A program made the position numbers and the translations under genes. Under the pieces are notes generated by a model. It was not told the origin of the DNA. It did not search any database and saw only the letters and a program-made list of their open reading frames with translations. From contig NC_134026.1 of the NCBI RefSeq assembly GCF_964204645.1, positions 8,207,950-8,271,949 on the forward strand: a DNA stretch of 64,000 nucleotides. The letters run 5' to 3'. Below, piece by piece: positions 13,501-24,966 of the stretch. The number at the start of each line of letters is the position of its first letter. Position 1 is the first letter of the stretch. The stretch is from Tubulanus polymorphus (Eukaryota > Animalia > Nemertea).

Positions 13501-15305
13501 AGCAGTAGGCTAAGGCGTTTTTTAATTACTTGGAGTACGGATCCGCCGCCCAGAATTCTGCAAAAATCATCATTTTAGAAAGAAGTAAAATTTTTTGTCC
13601 TCCTGCGTGTCTTCATCACGATTATTTAATGAATTTTTTTTGTTATGTCCGTCTTGATTTTCAATCTCATGATTTGCAAAAATTTTTTGAATTCCAACAA
13701 TCAATTCTGTTCAATCAATCACAATCAATTCTGTTCGCCCTCCCACTATTTCTTGAAAAAAAAAATATATGCTCTCCAAGTAATTAAAAAAGGCTTAAAG
13801 GATTACCTTCATAATTAACATTACAAAACCGGAAATGTCATATGAAGAACTGTATAACGTAACAACAGTTAAACGAGCGGTATCAAAATAATTGCCAATC
13901 TAAAAAGAAAATTACAAAATCTTTAATAAAAATAAAACAAAATTATACCTCTACCAATATTTATCTTCGTTGTTGTTCAAATGAAATGATCATATTTGTA
14001 CCATGACGTACGTACCTGCATATTTGTTGCAAGCAAGCCTACACCTCCGATACCAATACCAGCTAACCCAGGAAATACGAGGACAGGAACATCTAGAAAT
14101 TGCACAAATCCCATCATTGATCAGATGTCGAAATATCAGGAGAGTATCGCTGCTTTTGGGCCCCAATCCTTGCCTTGTCATGGGGGAAAATCCCATATTT
14201 ACCATATTGATTCATGAAAACAGATTTTTATGCTCAATTTACATAATTTATTTGAAATATCATTGGGGTTGCAAACTATAACCACTGTTACAATCCTAGA
14301 TCAAAAGTTATCGTAATTTACGCACCTGGACTTGCAAAACCCAACATTAAACATCCACTGGCAAATATAATGCTGAAACGAAAATTTAAAAAATACATTT
14401 ATTCATCATTATGCACTATGGTGGCTGATTCGGGCTATAATAAAATATTTTCTGTATGGCTAGACGAACGATGAAAATATGCGGTCAATTTTCTTTTGTT
14501 TTCTCGCCCGAGAATTCAAAAAGTTTGGTTTTCTCGTGTAAAAAACCAAAAGCTCATTAAGATTGCCCTTTTCGTTAAGTCAAAGATCTTTAAACCAGCA
14601 ATTTTGACATTCATCCTATCGGAAACTACATATTTCCTGACGTATTTCTTCAAAAATATCTGATAGTAGCCTATGAAATGGCCGCTCTATCTGAAAATGC
14701 CTCTTCTTCTCCTCCCGACCCCGGCATTCCGAATTTCCTAAATATCTTCTGTTCAGCTAGACGAACGATGAAAATATGCGGTCAATTTTCTTTTGTTTTC
14801 TCTCTCTATCCGAAAAATGCCTCTTCTTCTCTTCTGGACCCCGCCCTCCAAATTTCCTAGATCCGTTCATGAAACAGCATACGTTTGAATACGTTATATC
14901 AACTTACATGATGGTAATTCGCGTAACTCGGGTTCCATGTTTATCTAACAACCAACCAATAACTGCAGCAGAACAACATAGAGCTGCTACGCCTATCGAA
15001 AACACTAACATTAGCATGTCATTCTGTTGGAGACAAGTCGAATAGGCTACACTCGTATTGTTGTCGTCATTGGTCACGATCTCCGCAAATGATGTTTCAT
15101 TTCTGCTGGATTCCGAATCACTCGCCGTATCGCTACCGTTTTTTAGACCGATGTTGCACAAATGGCTATAGACTCCGTCTTGCTTAAGGACAAAAACTAA
15201 TGGCACCCAACCGAATATACTGCCAGCAAATATTAAACATTCCACCCATCCAAATAGAAACGCAAATATGTTCTTCATACGTTCATTACGGTGACAATTT
15301 TCCAT
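10533..15305 (-). CDS. SLC43A3: SLC43A3/ENBT1-like MFS transporter, tandem copy B (10 exons, ~525 aa)
   Basis: Exons 15305-14908, 14372-14326, 14092-14016, 13899-13807, 13192-12937, 12853-12695, 12621-12520, 11543-11354, 11058-10935, 10664-10533. Exon sizes equal copy A except an 18-nt insertion (SRNETS) in the first extracellular loop; reading frame open. Confidence 0.88.
11679..12356. mobile_element. MITE with inverted arrays of ~15-bp subterminal repeats (CACGAGTCCGACGGTT)
   Basis: Tandem CACGAGTCCGACGGTT units at 11689-11745 mirrored by GGACTCGTGAAC units at 12290-12345; only the left end persists in copy A (~2733-2763). Confidence 0.6.
13270..13485. mobile_element. Penelope-like (PLE) terminal-repeat remnant in inverted arrangement; related pieces at ~4600-4695 and ~51140-51350
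   Basis: CTGAAGATGACTATTAGGATATAGT faces an inverted copy ending CGAAACGTTGAA; the flank TTATTGTGGGATTCTC...GATA(A/T)AGTGT is shared at three loci. Confidence 0.5.
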
Positions 15306-15463
15306 GCTCGCGGTTAGAGTAGATATTACTCTGTATACGCATTGAGCAAAGATAAGCACAGTAAAATTAATCGACTTGGGGCCACAGATCTTTTCACGAG
15401 ATTAGCCGAAATTCGACCTAAAAGAAGTCATTTTATCATATATACGGGTGAATGACGAATCAG

Positions 15464-15483
15464 GTGATTGTGACACGTGATCA
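15464..15483 (-). promoter_or_regulatory. E-box (TCACGTG) ~170 bp upstream of the copy B start codon
   Basis: GTGATTGTGACACGTGATCA; the copy-A homologue at 7822-7841 reads GTGATTGTGACGCGTGATCA. Marks the upstream end of homology between the copies. Function is inferred. Confidence 0.35.
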
Positions 15484-16237
15484 CTTTTATGAATGGAGTT
15501 ATCACACAATTATAGCAATAGCGGATTTAGGGTACCTCACATGCCTCCCCTTTTTGGATAGGCGAAAAAAAATCGAAATGAATTTGAAAAAAATGTTTTA
15601 TCGAGCTGAATTTCCTGAGGGTGTACCTCAAACGGTTGGGTCCTGCTGAGAGATGTTTCGGATATTCGGCAAACGTTGAGAATTTTCTGGAATTGAAAGA
15701 AAGGGCAGTGAAAGAAATTAGGGTTTTGTGTCTGAAAGTGATGAAAAATGGCATCAAGCGTAATATGTATGTTGAAAATCTAAGGCAAGAAGAATGTTAT
15801 TCAAAGTAAGAATATTTCAAGAAACCGGCCTAACCATTTCACGCAGGAATGCGTGCCCTAATTTTCCCGTTTGTAGATTTTCGAATTCGAATGAAGAAAT
15901 CTGTCAAAAAAGGCTAGATTTTTTTGTAATCTAGCAAAGTAGTTGTTTTTACTGCGTACTTTTTCGCAAACAGGACGTGCCCTTTTTGGCAAAGGATGTA
16001 CCTATCCTCAAAAATCTTGGCTGAGCGTGTTGAAAAAAGCACATTCGATAAGGAGTAAACGTAAATTATGGTTACGCTAGGTTTCTTTTTAAGACAGTAA
16101 AAAATCGTTGTAATAAAAATGAATTATATTATGCATTTGGGTTGATTCCTATTATCTCTTTCCTTTGCTGGATCCGGCATGTTGAATTTCTTCGCCAATT
16201 TTCCCCCGTTCATTATCTTTTTTTATTTCGTCCGTAT

Positions 16238-16436
16238 CTCTTCTTCTTCTTCTTCTTCTTCTTCTTCTTCTTTAGAGTAATGTGGAGGACCCGCATTGTC
16301 CCACAGCGTCTTTTTTTTTTAATCAGTGAGTCGACGAACACTGATATGTGTCCTGCCTGAATGCATGGTTTCACTAGGATTCGAACCCTCAACCTCTCAG
16401 TTGTGAGTCAAACACCTTATCCACCATGCCACAGGA
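16238..16436 (-). mobile_element. tRNA-derived SINE with (GAA)n tail
   Basis: Minus strand: TGGCATGGTGGATAAGG (A-box-like) ... GGTTCGAATCC (B-box), a unique body, then ~11 GAA units (TTC repeat at 16238-16271 on +). Confidence 0.75.
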
Positions 16437-16822
16437 CAGGACATCTCCTGGATTGGATTAGATAGAGACGAAGAAGTGAAAATATCGATGGACTCAGCTG
16501 ATATGATATTACTCATTCATGTACGTAGTTCCTGCAACAATGTTACGTTGGTGAGGATGCATTGAATTTTCGAATTCACCGTTTCGTGCAATATGGTCGT
16601 GAGTTTGGGTTTTTTTCGGGACCAATTCAATTCAATTCACCTGTGGTGAAAGGTCTGTCATGTCAAAATAAATTGAATTCAATTCAATTGACAGGTTCTG
16701 GAAACTCTGCAGACATTCCGCTCATAGATAAACATCAACCAAATTGTCAGCTAGTGGACTTTCATTCATAAGATAAGGTTCTTGACTTAAGATTATCGTA
16801 TCGTATCGTTTTCATGGCCACC

Positions 16823-17059
16823 GTTAGTCAGTAACCTGTCCGTGGTTTTTACGATCGGATATTTTCACAAACCACATCCGATTGGTAGAGGTATAAGCCC
16901 ATCCGATTATAAAACTTACCACCAACGATTAGTAGGTAACTAACTACAACAACGAGAGGCAAGTTGACTTACCTACCTACTTAGTTAGTTACCTAATCGT
17001 TGGTTGTGAAAATATCCGATCGTGAAACTAAACCACGGCACAGTCAGGTTACTGACTAC
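16823..17059. repeat. Inverted-repeat (MITE-like) element immediately upstream of WDR34
   Basis: TAGTCAGTAACCTG...CGATCGGATATTTTCACAA mirrored by TTGTGAAAATATCCGATCG...CAGGTTACTGACTA. Confidence 0.6.
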
Positions 17060-17064
17060 TTCTA

Positions 17065-17079
17065 GTTGTACGTGGTAAC
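17065..17079 (+). promoter_or_regulatory. Candidate RFX X-box in the WDR34 promoter
   Basis: GTTGTA-CGT-GGTAAC versus consensus GTNRCC-N(0-3)-RGYAAC (right half perfect, left half 2 mismatches), ~200 bp upstream of the ATG of a ciliary gene. Confidence 0.4.
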
Positions 17080-17271
17080 TTAGACAAAAGCATCAAACAA
17101 CATGAACATAGAAAGTTTTGAGGGTCCCCATTAAGAGGGAAAATTGGGTTTCTAAATGCTCTGAACGAACATCGCTTGTCATCGCAGTGAATGGTAGAAT
17201 GTTAAAGAATTTACTCAACTATTCATAATTTGTTTTTCATTTGATTAGTTGCAATACAGTAGGCGTCGATT

Positions 17272-20200
17272 ATGTTTAATGATGAATCGTTAGATGCCAT
17301 AGAAATCAAGTCGACATGGAAAAGAGAAAGGTACTAGGCCCTATAATTTATAAGTTCATGATAAGGGGGGAAAGCTTAGCACTAAGCAAGTATAATTCAA
17401 GTCATGAAAATGACATTTTTTCAGTAGAATAGTATTGTAACCCATGGTAATCTCTAGTAGTATGAAGTAATAAGATGTAGCGTATAGTAATGTATAGCAA
17501 TCTGAAGTAGGCCTAGAGTAACTGATAGTAATGTAATGTAAGTAAAATGAAGTAATGTCTAGTAATATGAAGTAATAAGATGTAACCGAACCCATAGTAA
17601 TGCCTAGCAATATCGAGTAATATAGTATATAGTATAGTATATACCTATATAATTATAGATGCTATAATTAGGCATCAATACAATATCCGAGTTGTATATT
17701 ATGTATTGCGTAGATGGTTCACAAAAAATATTTCAACAAACTTCGCAATGGATTGGTTGTCCCTGTCGATTGGATCCGACTTGAGCGTAGTCTACTGTAG
17801 TTAGCCAAAAAAAAGCGTGATGGTGATATATGTGCGAGGTGCTATTTTTCAGGTCACTGGCAGAAGCCCATACGCAAACGCGAGAAATTATTTCGGATGA
17901 AATAGGGATCCAAAGTGTTTCAAAAGCAAATGCTCAAGTGAGTATAAAGAGAGATTAAACCAGCCAACCCGAGCTAGATTGATATTCTTCGTAACTGTAT
18001 TGAGTTATAAACATGTATATTACTATCATAGGTGCAAACCGACGAACAGCCTGAAGAAGATTTCAGCGAAATATGCGATGACTCGGATGATTTGATCGAA
18101 TTTCTGAAGAAATGGGAGCCGTACATCGCCAGACAGTTAGAGAGTAACAGGAGAAGCCATGCTTTTGATGGTTAGTCAATACAGTAGAATTCGCTTGATT
18201 CGGATCATTTGAGACCAACAAAATTCAGCGGGTTTATGGCAAATCCGAATTCAAAGACATGTTCTTGTAGGCCTAAATTAATGAACAAATGGATTGCAAA
18301 TATTGTCCGGATCAGACCGAAATCCGGATTAAGCCTATCAGCCATTTAGCGGGTTTGATTGTATTTTGATTCATGTCGGCTACAGCTACACAGTTCACAT
18401 CCTCCCCTGGCAGGGATTCGAACCTATGGCATCGATATTAGCACGGTACGAATCGCGCAGCTACACTTGAAGCTTAGATGAATGAGCCAATGAGTCATTA
18501 TTAGCCAATCACATAGGCCTATTCCGTTTTAATTTAGCCCGAGTTTTCCCATTTATAGTTCTTGCGTGAAATTTGCCTGAACGATTTTACAACAAGCAAT
18601 CTGATTGGTGCCGCAAGTTCGTGTGGTAAACCTGCGCATGCACAGCCAACCCGGTCTAGTGTGGCAGGGTTTCGTGGCGTGGCCGAGTGTAGCGATGCCA
18701 TCAGGTTTGAATCCCTGCCGAGGGACGATGCATGGTTCAGTAATGAGATACTTTCATTTAACTCTGACTAAAGTTCCACTGTTCTAGAATATAATTCATC
18801 TTTTTGTTGAATTAGATCTAAAGTGTTTCATTGTAGGGTAAAATTTTACTTAAAGACTAATTTGATATGTACATGTCGTAGGCTTGAATGGAAATATTTT
18901 TAAATCGCTCTATTTGTAGGCTATCGCGTTATGTGGGAAGAACAAAACTCATCAGTTTCGTGTATTCACACTTTGAAGAACGCGAGTTTAACAGATTTAG
19001 AGGTGACAAGTTTAGCATGGAATTGCACTGGATCTGTGATTGCTGCAGCGTATCCTTTACCTATTAGATATTGTTTATCTTTGCGATGAAGAATTTGTTT
19101 AGATGTGCGTGGTTAGTATGTAGGCCCGTGATGACTTCATAGATGATTTAATCCATTTTTGGAAGTAGTCTAAAGCTGCTTAGATACTCTCTAATTTTAG
19201 AATGGCTTTTACATTTTGAATACATGTACCTTAGAACATATGATTGATTCTCACATTGGTAAGACAGTTACTTTTCAGAAACAAATTGAAAATGTCCATA
19301 CAAACAGGGGAAAAGATGCCCGTCAAAAAGGACAAAAATTATCAATGGGGGCAGGACAGAAAGTGTTTGGCAAACCCGACAAAAATGTCCATGCATGCTG
19401 GACAAAATATGCCTGTTTAACAATGACATAAATGCCCATGAGAATAGGACACAAAATTTCCATGCAAACGCGACAAAAAATTTCATTTACTTCTATTTGC
19501 TCACCCTTTAGCTAGTCAGAATTCATCAAAATGTGCCATTTCAAAATAACTATAACAATAATTTACCACCACTCTTCTCGTCCCCCTTTGAGGATTCCCA
19601 ACTTTTTGGTATTTCTCCGCTCTCATACCTGTAAGTTTTAGATTAAAATCCTTAATCAGTGTGAAGTTATGGAAGATACGATCACGAGGACTGGTGTACG
19701 CATAAATCGAGTTTGTGTTTTTGGAATCTGAATCGTCGATCTTTGGACGCCGATAAACCGGAGCAAACCGTCGATTTGTCGAGTTGTTTGATGTGCATCT
19801 CATTTCATCCGAATCAACCGGCTTTAATTGCGGGCGGAACATTCAACGGTAGGTCGATTTAATTTTTACTGATAATATCCATGTCAGCCAGGAGAGAGAT
19901 GCATTTCCACTGACTCCGGTTCGGTCACCAGTGCCATTACGAATATACTCGTAGCTGATTCTTCCTATTTACAGTTAGATATTTGCACTCTGGCACATGG
20001 GAATGACACAGTTCCTGAATAACGGGCAGTGTGAACAAACTCTGCTTCATTCTTGATGCTCATTAGTCAATTTTCGAGCAAACGCCGACTATGTAACAGA
20101 TCCAATGCTAACCTACGAGTAATACTTATCCAGCTACGAGTATACTCTTAGTGGTAGTTGGGGGCAGCACCGTTTTATCACTGTGGCAGCAGACATGTTA

Positions 20201-23200
20201 ATGCAGGAGGTGTGAATACAGGATCTTCTATCAACTTGCCAAAAATCCAGTATCCATCCTTGATAAACACCTGGGCCCGGTTTTATAGACTGGTATCAAC
20301 TTTTGACCTTTTGACCCGGGGGCTAAATCAATTCATTTTCAATTGAGTTAACCCACGGGTTAAAGTTAATACCAGTCCATAAAACTGAGTCCTGGTTAAC
20401 ATGGCACAAATTTCATAAAGCAGAGTATCTCCATCGACTAAAATCAGACCCTTTTCCAGAAGTCCTGACAACTAGACAACCGTCAGAATCTAGCCTGTGA
20501 ATATCTCTGTCGAATTAAACGTCCCCCTCGTTTGATACATACACCAGTCAACTTTCAGCTTCCAGCCTCTATGATTATTTTGATGTATTCACCGATGATT
20601 TGGTGTGTACTGTATATTGTATCCAATAGGGGAGGTTATTGTATGGGACACGGCTAATGAAGATGATATAGTAGCGGCTAGTTCTGGTATAGGAGATGAT
20701 TCTCATCGTGAACCGGTATCGAAAGTTCATTGGGTCAAAGATCTTCAATCAAAAACGTCAACAAAATATAACGTACGTATTGAACGAAAGTAAACTTACC
20801 AAGGAGCTTGTCACATATAGCTGGTTTCCATCAGAGTTTCCTACTATTTAACCTTTTTGTAATTATATCAGTTGGTGTTTGCCAGGATACGAGGGCGGAG
20901 CTTTCATTAGGGGTGGATATGTGACAAGCCCTGAGGGCCCAGTTTCACGAAAAGGATTAAGGCCTAAATCGATTTAAGATAAACTGAGTTAACACTTTCA
21001 GTGCTGACTAACTGATACCCTATAGTGCTGGAGATAACTTGAAAATTTTGATAAATTCCACCCTAGTGTGTTGTAGAGCGGGAATACCGTTACAGTACGT
21101 CTACACCGTGGTGCGGTGTATTGCTAGTTACTAAAATTTCACTATGTTTGACAGGTGCTGCCATTTTTCAATAGAGATAAAAACTAATTACTAATTACAT
21201 CAATGCACCGCGGTGCAGCGTACTAGCAAAATCCATCACCGATTTATACACTGCAATGCGGTGTAGACGCACTGAAAGGTGGAACAATGGGAATACCACT
21301 ATAGTGGTATTCCCATTGTTCAACACACTAGGGTGGAATTTTTTAGAATTTTCAAATTTTCTCCAGCACTATAGGGTATTAATTAGTCAGCACTGAAAGG
21401 GTTAACTCGCAGATTTTTCCCTCATTTCACTCTCTAGCTTGTCAGCGTCAGCGGTGATGGTAAAATGCTCACGTGGCAGTTGAATTTACAGAAGCGAAAA
21501 CTAAACCTTATCGAAGGGTGAGTTCGAACAATTTCCTACTTAAAAATCTAATGTCTATTTCAACTTGACTTGAGAGCACATCAGGTGGCCTAGTTTTGGT
21601 GGTACATACCTGATAAAAGTCTTATTAGAACCAGAAAGGAGTGGTATTTGAACTAAAGCATTGTTTTCTAGTCCATTATTCACTGTACTGAGGGACAGCA
21701 AAAAAGTCTTCATTGAAAGGGGTTCATGAGAGAAGAGACTCCATGATTTAAAAGTTTAACAATATGTTTCCATGCCTACACACCAAACTACAGTTGGTAT
21801 GCTTGGAAACATATTGTTAGACTTTCAAATCATGGAGTCTCTGTTTTCTCTCATGAACCCCTTTCAATTAAGACTCTTTTGCTCTAAAGTCTGGTTGAAA
21901 TTGACATTAGTCGCGAAGATGAAGGCGAGTTTGCATGCAGGTAATGTGCGTTTCATATTTTGTAGACATATATTACTGACAGAGAGCCTGCCGCGTTCGA
22001 CACGAACTCAACAAGGCCACGAGATGGGCGTCACTTGTATATCGTTTTCGCGTGATGATAAGTCGACATTTTTAGTCGGTTCGGAGTGTGGCGGTTTATT
22101 CAAATGTTCGATGCGTATGCGAGGAACTCCGGCTGGTAGTAAGTACCACTCGTAGCCTGGAACCAGTTCCTCGCAGTTGTGAATTTAGAGTTCACTCTTG
22201 AATTAGAATTAATTCGTTACTCAGCAACTGCAGAAACGTATCCTTTGTGCTAATAGTTTCTGATCTCAATTGAAAAGGTCTTTTCATGTTATCGTGATCA
22301 GCGGCCTAATATACAGAATTTTTTGTTTAAATCGAAGCACATGATTTGGAAATTTCGGTCCCAATTCATTCAAACAATCTTCTAACCAGTCTGAATCGGC
22401 AAGCAACTGATAAGGGTTAATTTTGTTGGTTGCCTAGTTTGATATATCAAGATTTAAACTATACTATACTATAAAGTAGAACATTGACTTTAAAGTTATG
22501 TCATTCTTTCTTATTCCATTTTAGGTCACATCAAGTCTTCAGTAATGTTGACATCACCGGTAACATTCAGTTATGATACCCACACTGGTCCGGTCTATTC
22601 AGTCGATTGCTCTCCGTTTCATAGAAATCTGTTCGTTTCTTGTGGATCGGATTCATCCGCCAGACTATACAGCATGTTACTGGTAAGGTTTTCAAAAACT
22701 TGTTTTCTTCAATACGTTTAAGCGCCGGTATAGCTGAGGGTGAATGATGTCAAAATTAACTAGAAATGACTAATTTCAGCATTATTTGGATATAGTCTAG
22801 GATTATAGTTGTTTAGAATTAACTTATTTGATAACAAATGAAAAAATTTTTATGGTAATAACTGTCGAATTCTGGTGTTGTTTTGCCATTTTAGTCCAAA
22901 CCAATAATGACCTTCGAACCTAGTGCTGGGTATTTGTTCTCTGCTCACTGGTCGCCCGTGCGTCCGATGGTGATCGCTATGGTATCGGAAAGTGGACATC
23001 TCATCATTTACGACCTGGAATTGAGTAATGCGCCGAAATATAAACTAGAGGCCAGCGCGAATAAATCTCCGGTGTTCACTCTACAGTTCAACAATCATTT
23101 GTAAGTTGTAATCAGTAACTATTGTATCAAATACTCAGGGGGTCTTGAGCAAACCTCACGTGGCGAGTTCCAAGATCGATACCTTGAATTTTGGAATACC

Positions 23201-24180
23201 GCATAAGAATTAACTAAATAAGGAGTTATAAAGGGAGTTAAGTTCATCTTTTCCACAAATATAGCATACTTATGATCTTTGTAGGATTCTTGCTACTTGC
23301 ATACATGTACAGTAAACCCCCGATAAACCACCACAACGGTGCAGAATGATTTTGGCGGTATAGAGAATATGGTGGTTTATCGAGGGTGTTTTACTATGTA
23401 TTTGTATTGTATTGTGGGGTTGGCGGTATATGGGAGGGCGGTATATTGGGGGTGACTGTACTTCGATATTGCTGGTTACCAACTGATTACAATTAATCAT
23501 ACCCAACTTTTCAAATGTGCACCAATGATAATTATTGACGTAGAAAAACCACTATCCGTACCATAAAGGGACGCAAACTCTCTTGAAAAAGGTTATAATC
23601 GATTACCTTTGGAGCGAATTGCAAATCCATTTAACCCTTTCAGTGCGTCTACACCGAATTTTACAAAGTTATCTCCAGGCCCAGTTTCATGAAAAAGTTG
23701 AACTCACATTTTTGGCGTAATTGCTATTGATTACTTCATGTTTTCAATGAGGACAACATTTCAAACTTAACCGTCTTAAGCTTAAACTTTTTCATGAAAC
23801 CGGCCCCTGGGCTCGGTTTCACAAAAAAGTTAAACTCACATTTTTGGTGTAATTTCCATTGGTTACTTCATGTTTTGATTGAGGACAACAATTAGAACTT
23901 AACCGTTTTAGGCTTGAATTTTTTGGCGAAACTGGGCCCAGTCCTGTAGTGTTAATATTAACGAGCCAGAGCAGTGAAAGCGTTAAAACCTTAGTCAGAA
24001 TTATCGGTCTTTAAACTCAAAAACATCGGTCATGATTATCATCATTTCAGAAATCGATTGTTGGCGACTGGCGGAGCAGACGGGTGCATAAAAATCTGGC
24101 AGCTCAGCAACGACTTAACAACGCAAATCGACAAGGAAGAAGAGAAATTCAATCAGTTAGCCGACTCCTTCGTGGATTAA
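17272..24180 (+). CDS. DYNC2I2: Cytoplasmic dynein-2 intermediate chain 2 (WDR34), 11 exons, ~494 aa
   Basis: Exons 17272-17330, 17853-17937, 18032-18170, 18920-19049, 19667-19848, 20630-20772, 21438-21517, 21966-22138, 22525-22682, 22895-23100, 24051-24180 (1485 nt, phases consistent). N-terminal TQT/VQT light-chain motifs; SHAFDGY, WNCTGSVIAAAYGRYDHEDW, GGTFNGEVIVWD, CSPFHRNLF and WSPVRP are WDR34 signatures. AATAAA at 24430. Confidence 0.95.
17437..17640. repeat. Degenerate low-complexity tandem repeat (AGTAAT-rich) in WDR34 intron 1
   Basis: Recurring TAGTA(A/G)TATGAAGTAATAAGATGTA and AACCCAT(G/A)GTAAT blocks. Confidence 0.55.
18396..18731. mobile_element. Element with inverted tRNA-like (B-box) ends
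   Basis: Left CATCCTCCCCTGGCAGGGATTCGAACCTATGGCATCG and right CGATGCCATCAGGTTTGAATCCCTGCCGAGGGACGATG are near reverse complements; related copies at ~37006-37088 and ~50970-51533. Confidence 0.55.
19050..19666 (+). other. U12-type (minor spliceosome) GT-AG intron in WDR34
   Basis: 5' site GTATCCTTT (19050-19058); branch point TCCTTAAT (19649-19656) ending 10 nt before the 3' splice site; no polypyrimidine tract; splicing restores ...VIAAA-YGRYDHEDW in frame. Confidence 0.9.
20993..21401. mobile_element. piggyBac-type MITE with TTAA target-site duplication
   Basis: TTAA|CACTTTCAGTGCTGACTAA ... TTAGTCAGCACTGAAAGGG|TTAA, with ~90 bp inverted repeats. Confidence 0.85.
21558..21878. repeat. Dispersed repeat with palindromic core (second copy ~25217-25505 in LYAR intron 1)
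   Basis: TTTCAACTTGACTTGAGAGCA... shared by both loci; TGAAAGGGGTTCATGAGAG ... CTCTCATGAACCCCTTTCA palindrome at ~21714-21868. Confidence 0.7.
23310..23458. mobile_element. Tc1/mariner (pogo/Tigger-like) MITE with TA TSD
   Basis: TA|CAGTAAACCCCCGATA ... TATTGGGGGTGACTG|TA; a related copy beginning ~29385 is interrupted by the Helentron-like element. Confidence 0.75.
23632..23986. mobile_element. Degenerate piggyBac-type MITE containing two tandem PIF/Harbinger-like MITEs (~23679-23807, ~23808-23939)
   Basis: TTAACCCTTTCAGTGC ... GCAGTGAAAGCGTTAA flanks two ~130 bp units, GGCCCAGTTTCA...TGAAACCGGCCC and GGGCTCGGTTTCA...GAAACTGGGCCC, abutting at CWG sites. Confidence 0.7.
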
Positions 24181-24624
24181 TCCTCGAAGCTGTTCGTATC
24201 TGGATATAAATGAACTCGTGACTGTTTATTTTCATTTCGATATTGACGATCTGTGATCACATTAGAATACCTAATCAACAACTCTATCCGTCCACATCGT
24301 TCTGTGCATCCTAGAATTTGTCATCAGCTAATTGAGCATTTATATAAACGATGCTTGTATGATATGATATTAGTGTGTATTTATTTGTTTGTATACAGTA
24401 GTTTAATTGTATATTTTATCTATTTGTAGAATAAAATCATTCGTATGGTTCATTTACACATTTTATCAAAGTATGTTTTTGATTTTCTCAGTGCTCCTAA
24501 CTCTGCTCTTTGGTCAGGTTTTTAAAACCACTATTAGTATCAAGATAAAGTTTTAAATTTCCAGAGATTTTTGGTCGCAAGGTAAATTCGGATTCGAACC
24601 CGAACGATCGTCATCCACCGCCGA

Positions 24625-24632
24625 TGACGTCA
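24625..24632. promoter_or_regulatory. Palindromic CRE (TGACGTCA) in the putative LYAR promoter
   Basis: Perfect CRE in a GC-richer patch between the WDR34 polyA signal and LYAR; possible 5'UTR intron 24724 (GTAAGC) to 24940 (TTTTCAG). Confidence 0.4.
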
Positions 24633-24966
24633 TTTGCGCCGGGCTTCGCGAAATATCCATTGCCACGTACATGTTGGAATTCGGTGTAATTTCTTGAACT
24701 TTTTTCACCATTTCTAGCTCGACGTAAGCTAACAAGCTTCCGATATATTATATTTGTATTTTAATTGAGGGTATCAATGCTTTGAAGAATTTAAAAACCG
24801 TTTTTTTTTGTCGAAACAAGGCGTCAAATGTGAATGCGAGAATGGATGCCGTACTAATTACCGCCCGATGTCTATCGAAAACAGGAACATCATGGCATCC
24901 GCTTGGATACGCAAATGCTTGATTTTCGCTCTCTTTTCAGAGTGAGAAGTTGGAAACCCCATAAAT

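Noticed and set aside
16355-16436. tRNA gene
   Set aside because: Acceptor and anticodon stems are imperfect, and it continues into a body and (GAA)n tail, so it is a SINE head.
19516-19842. 108-aa minus-strand ORF as a nested gene
   Set aside because: It is the antisense shadow of WDR34 exon 5 (19667-19848) and has no recognisable domain.
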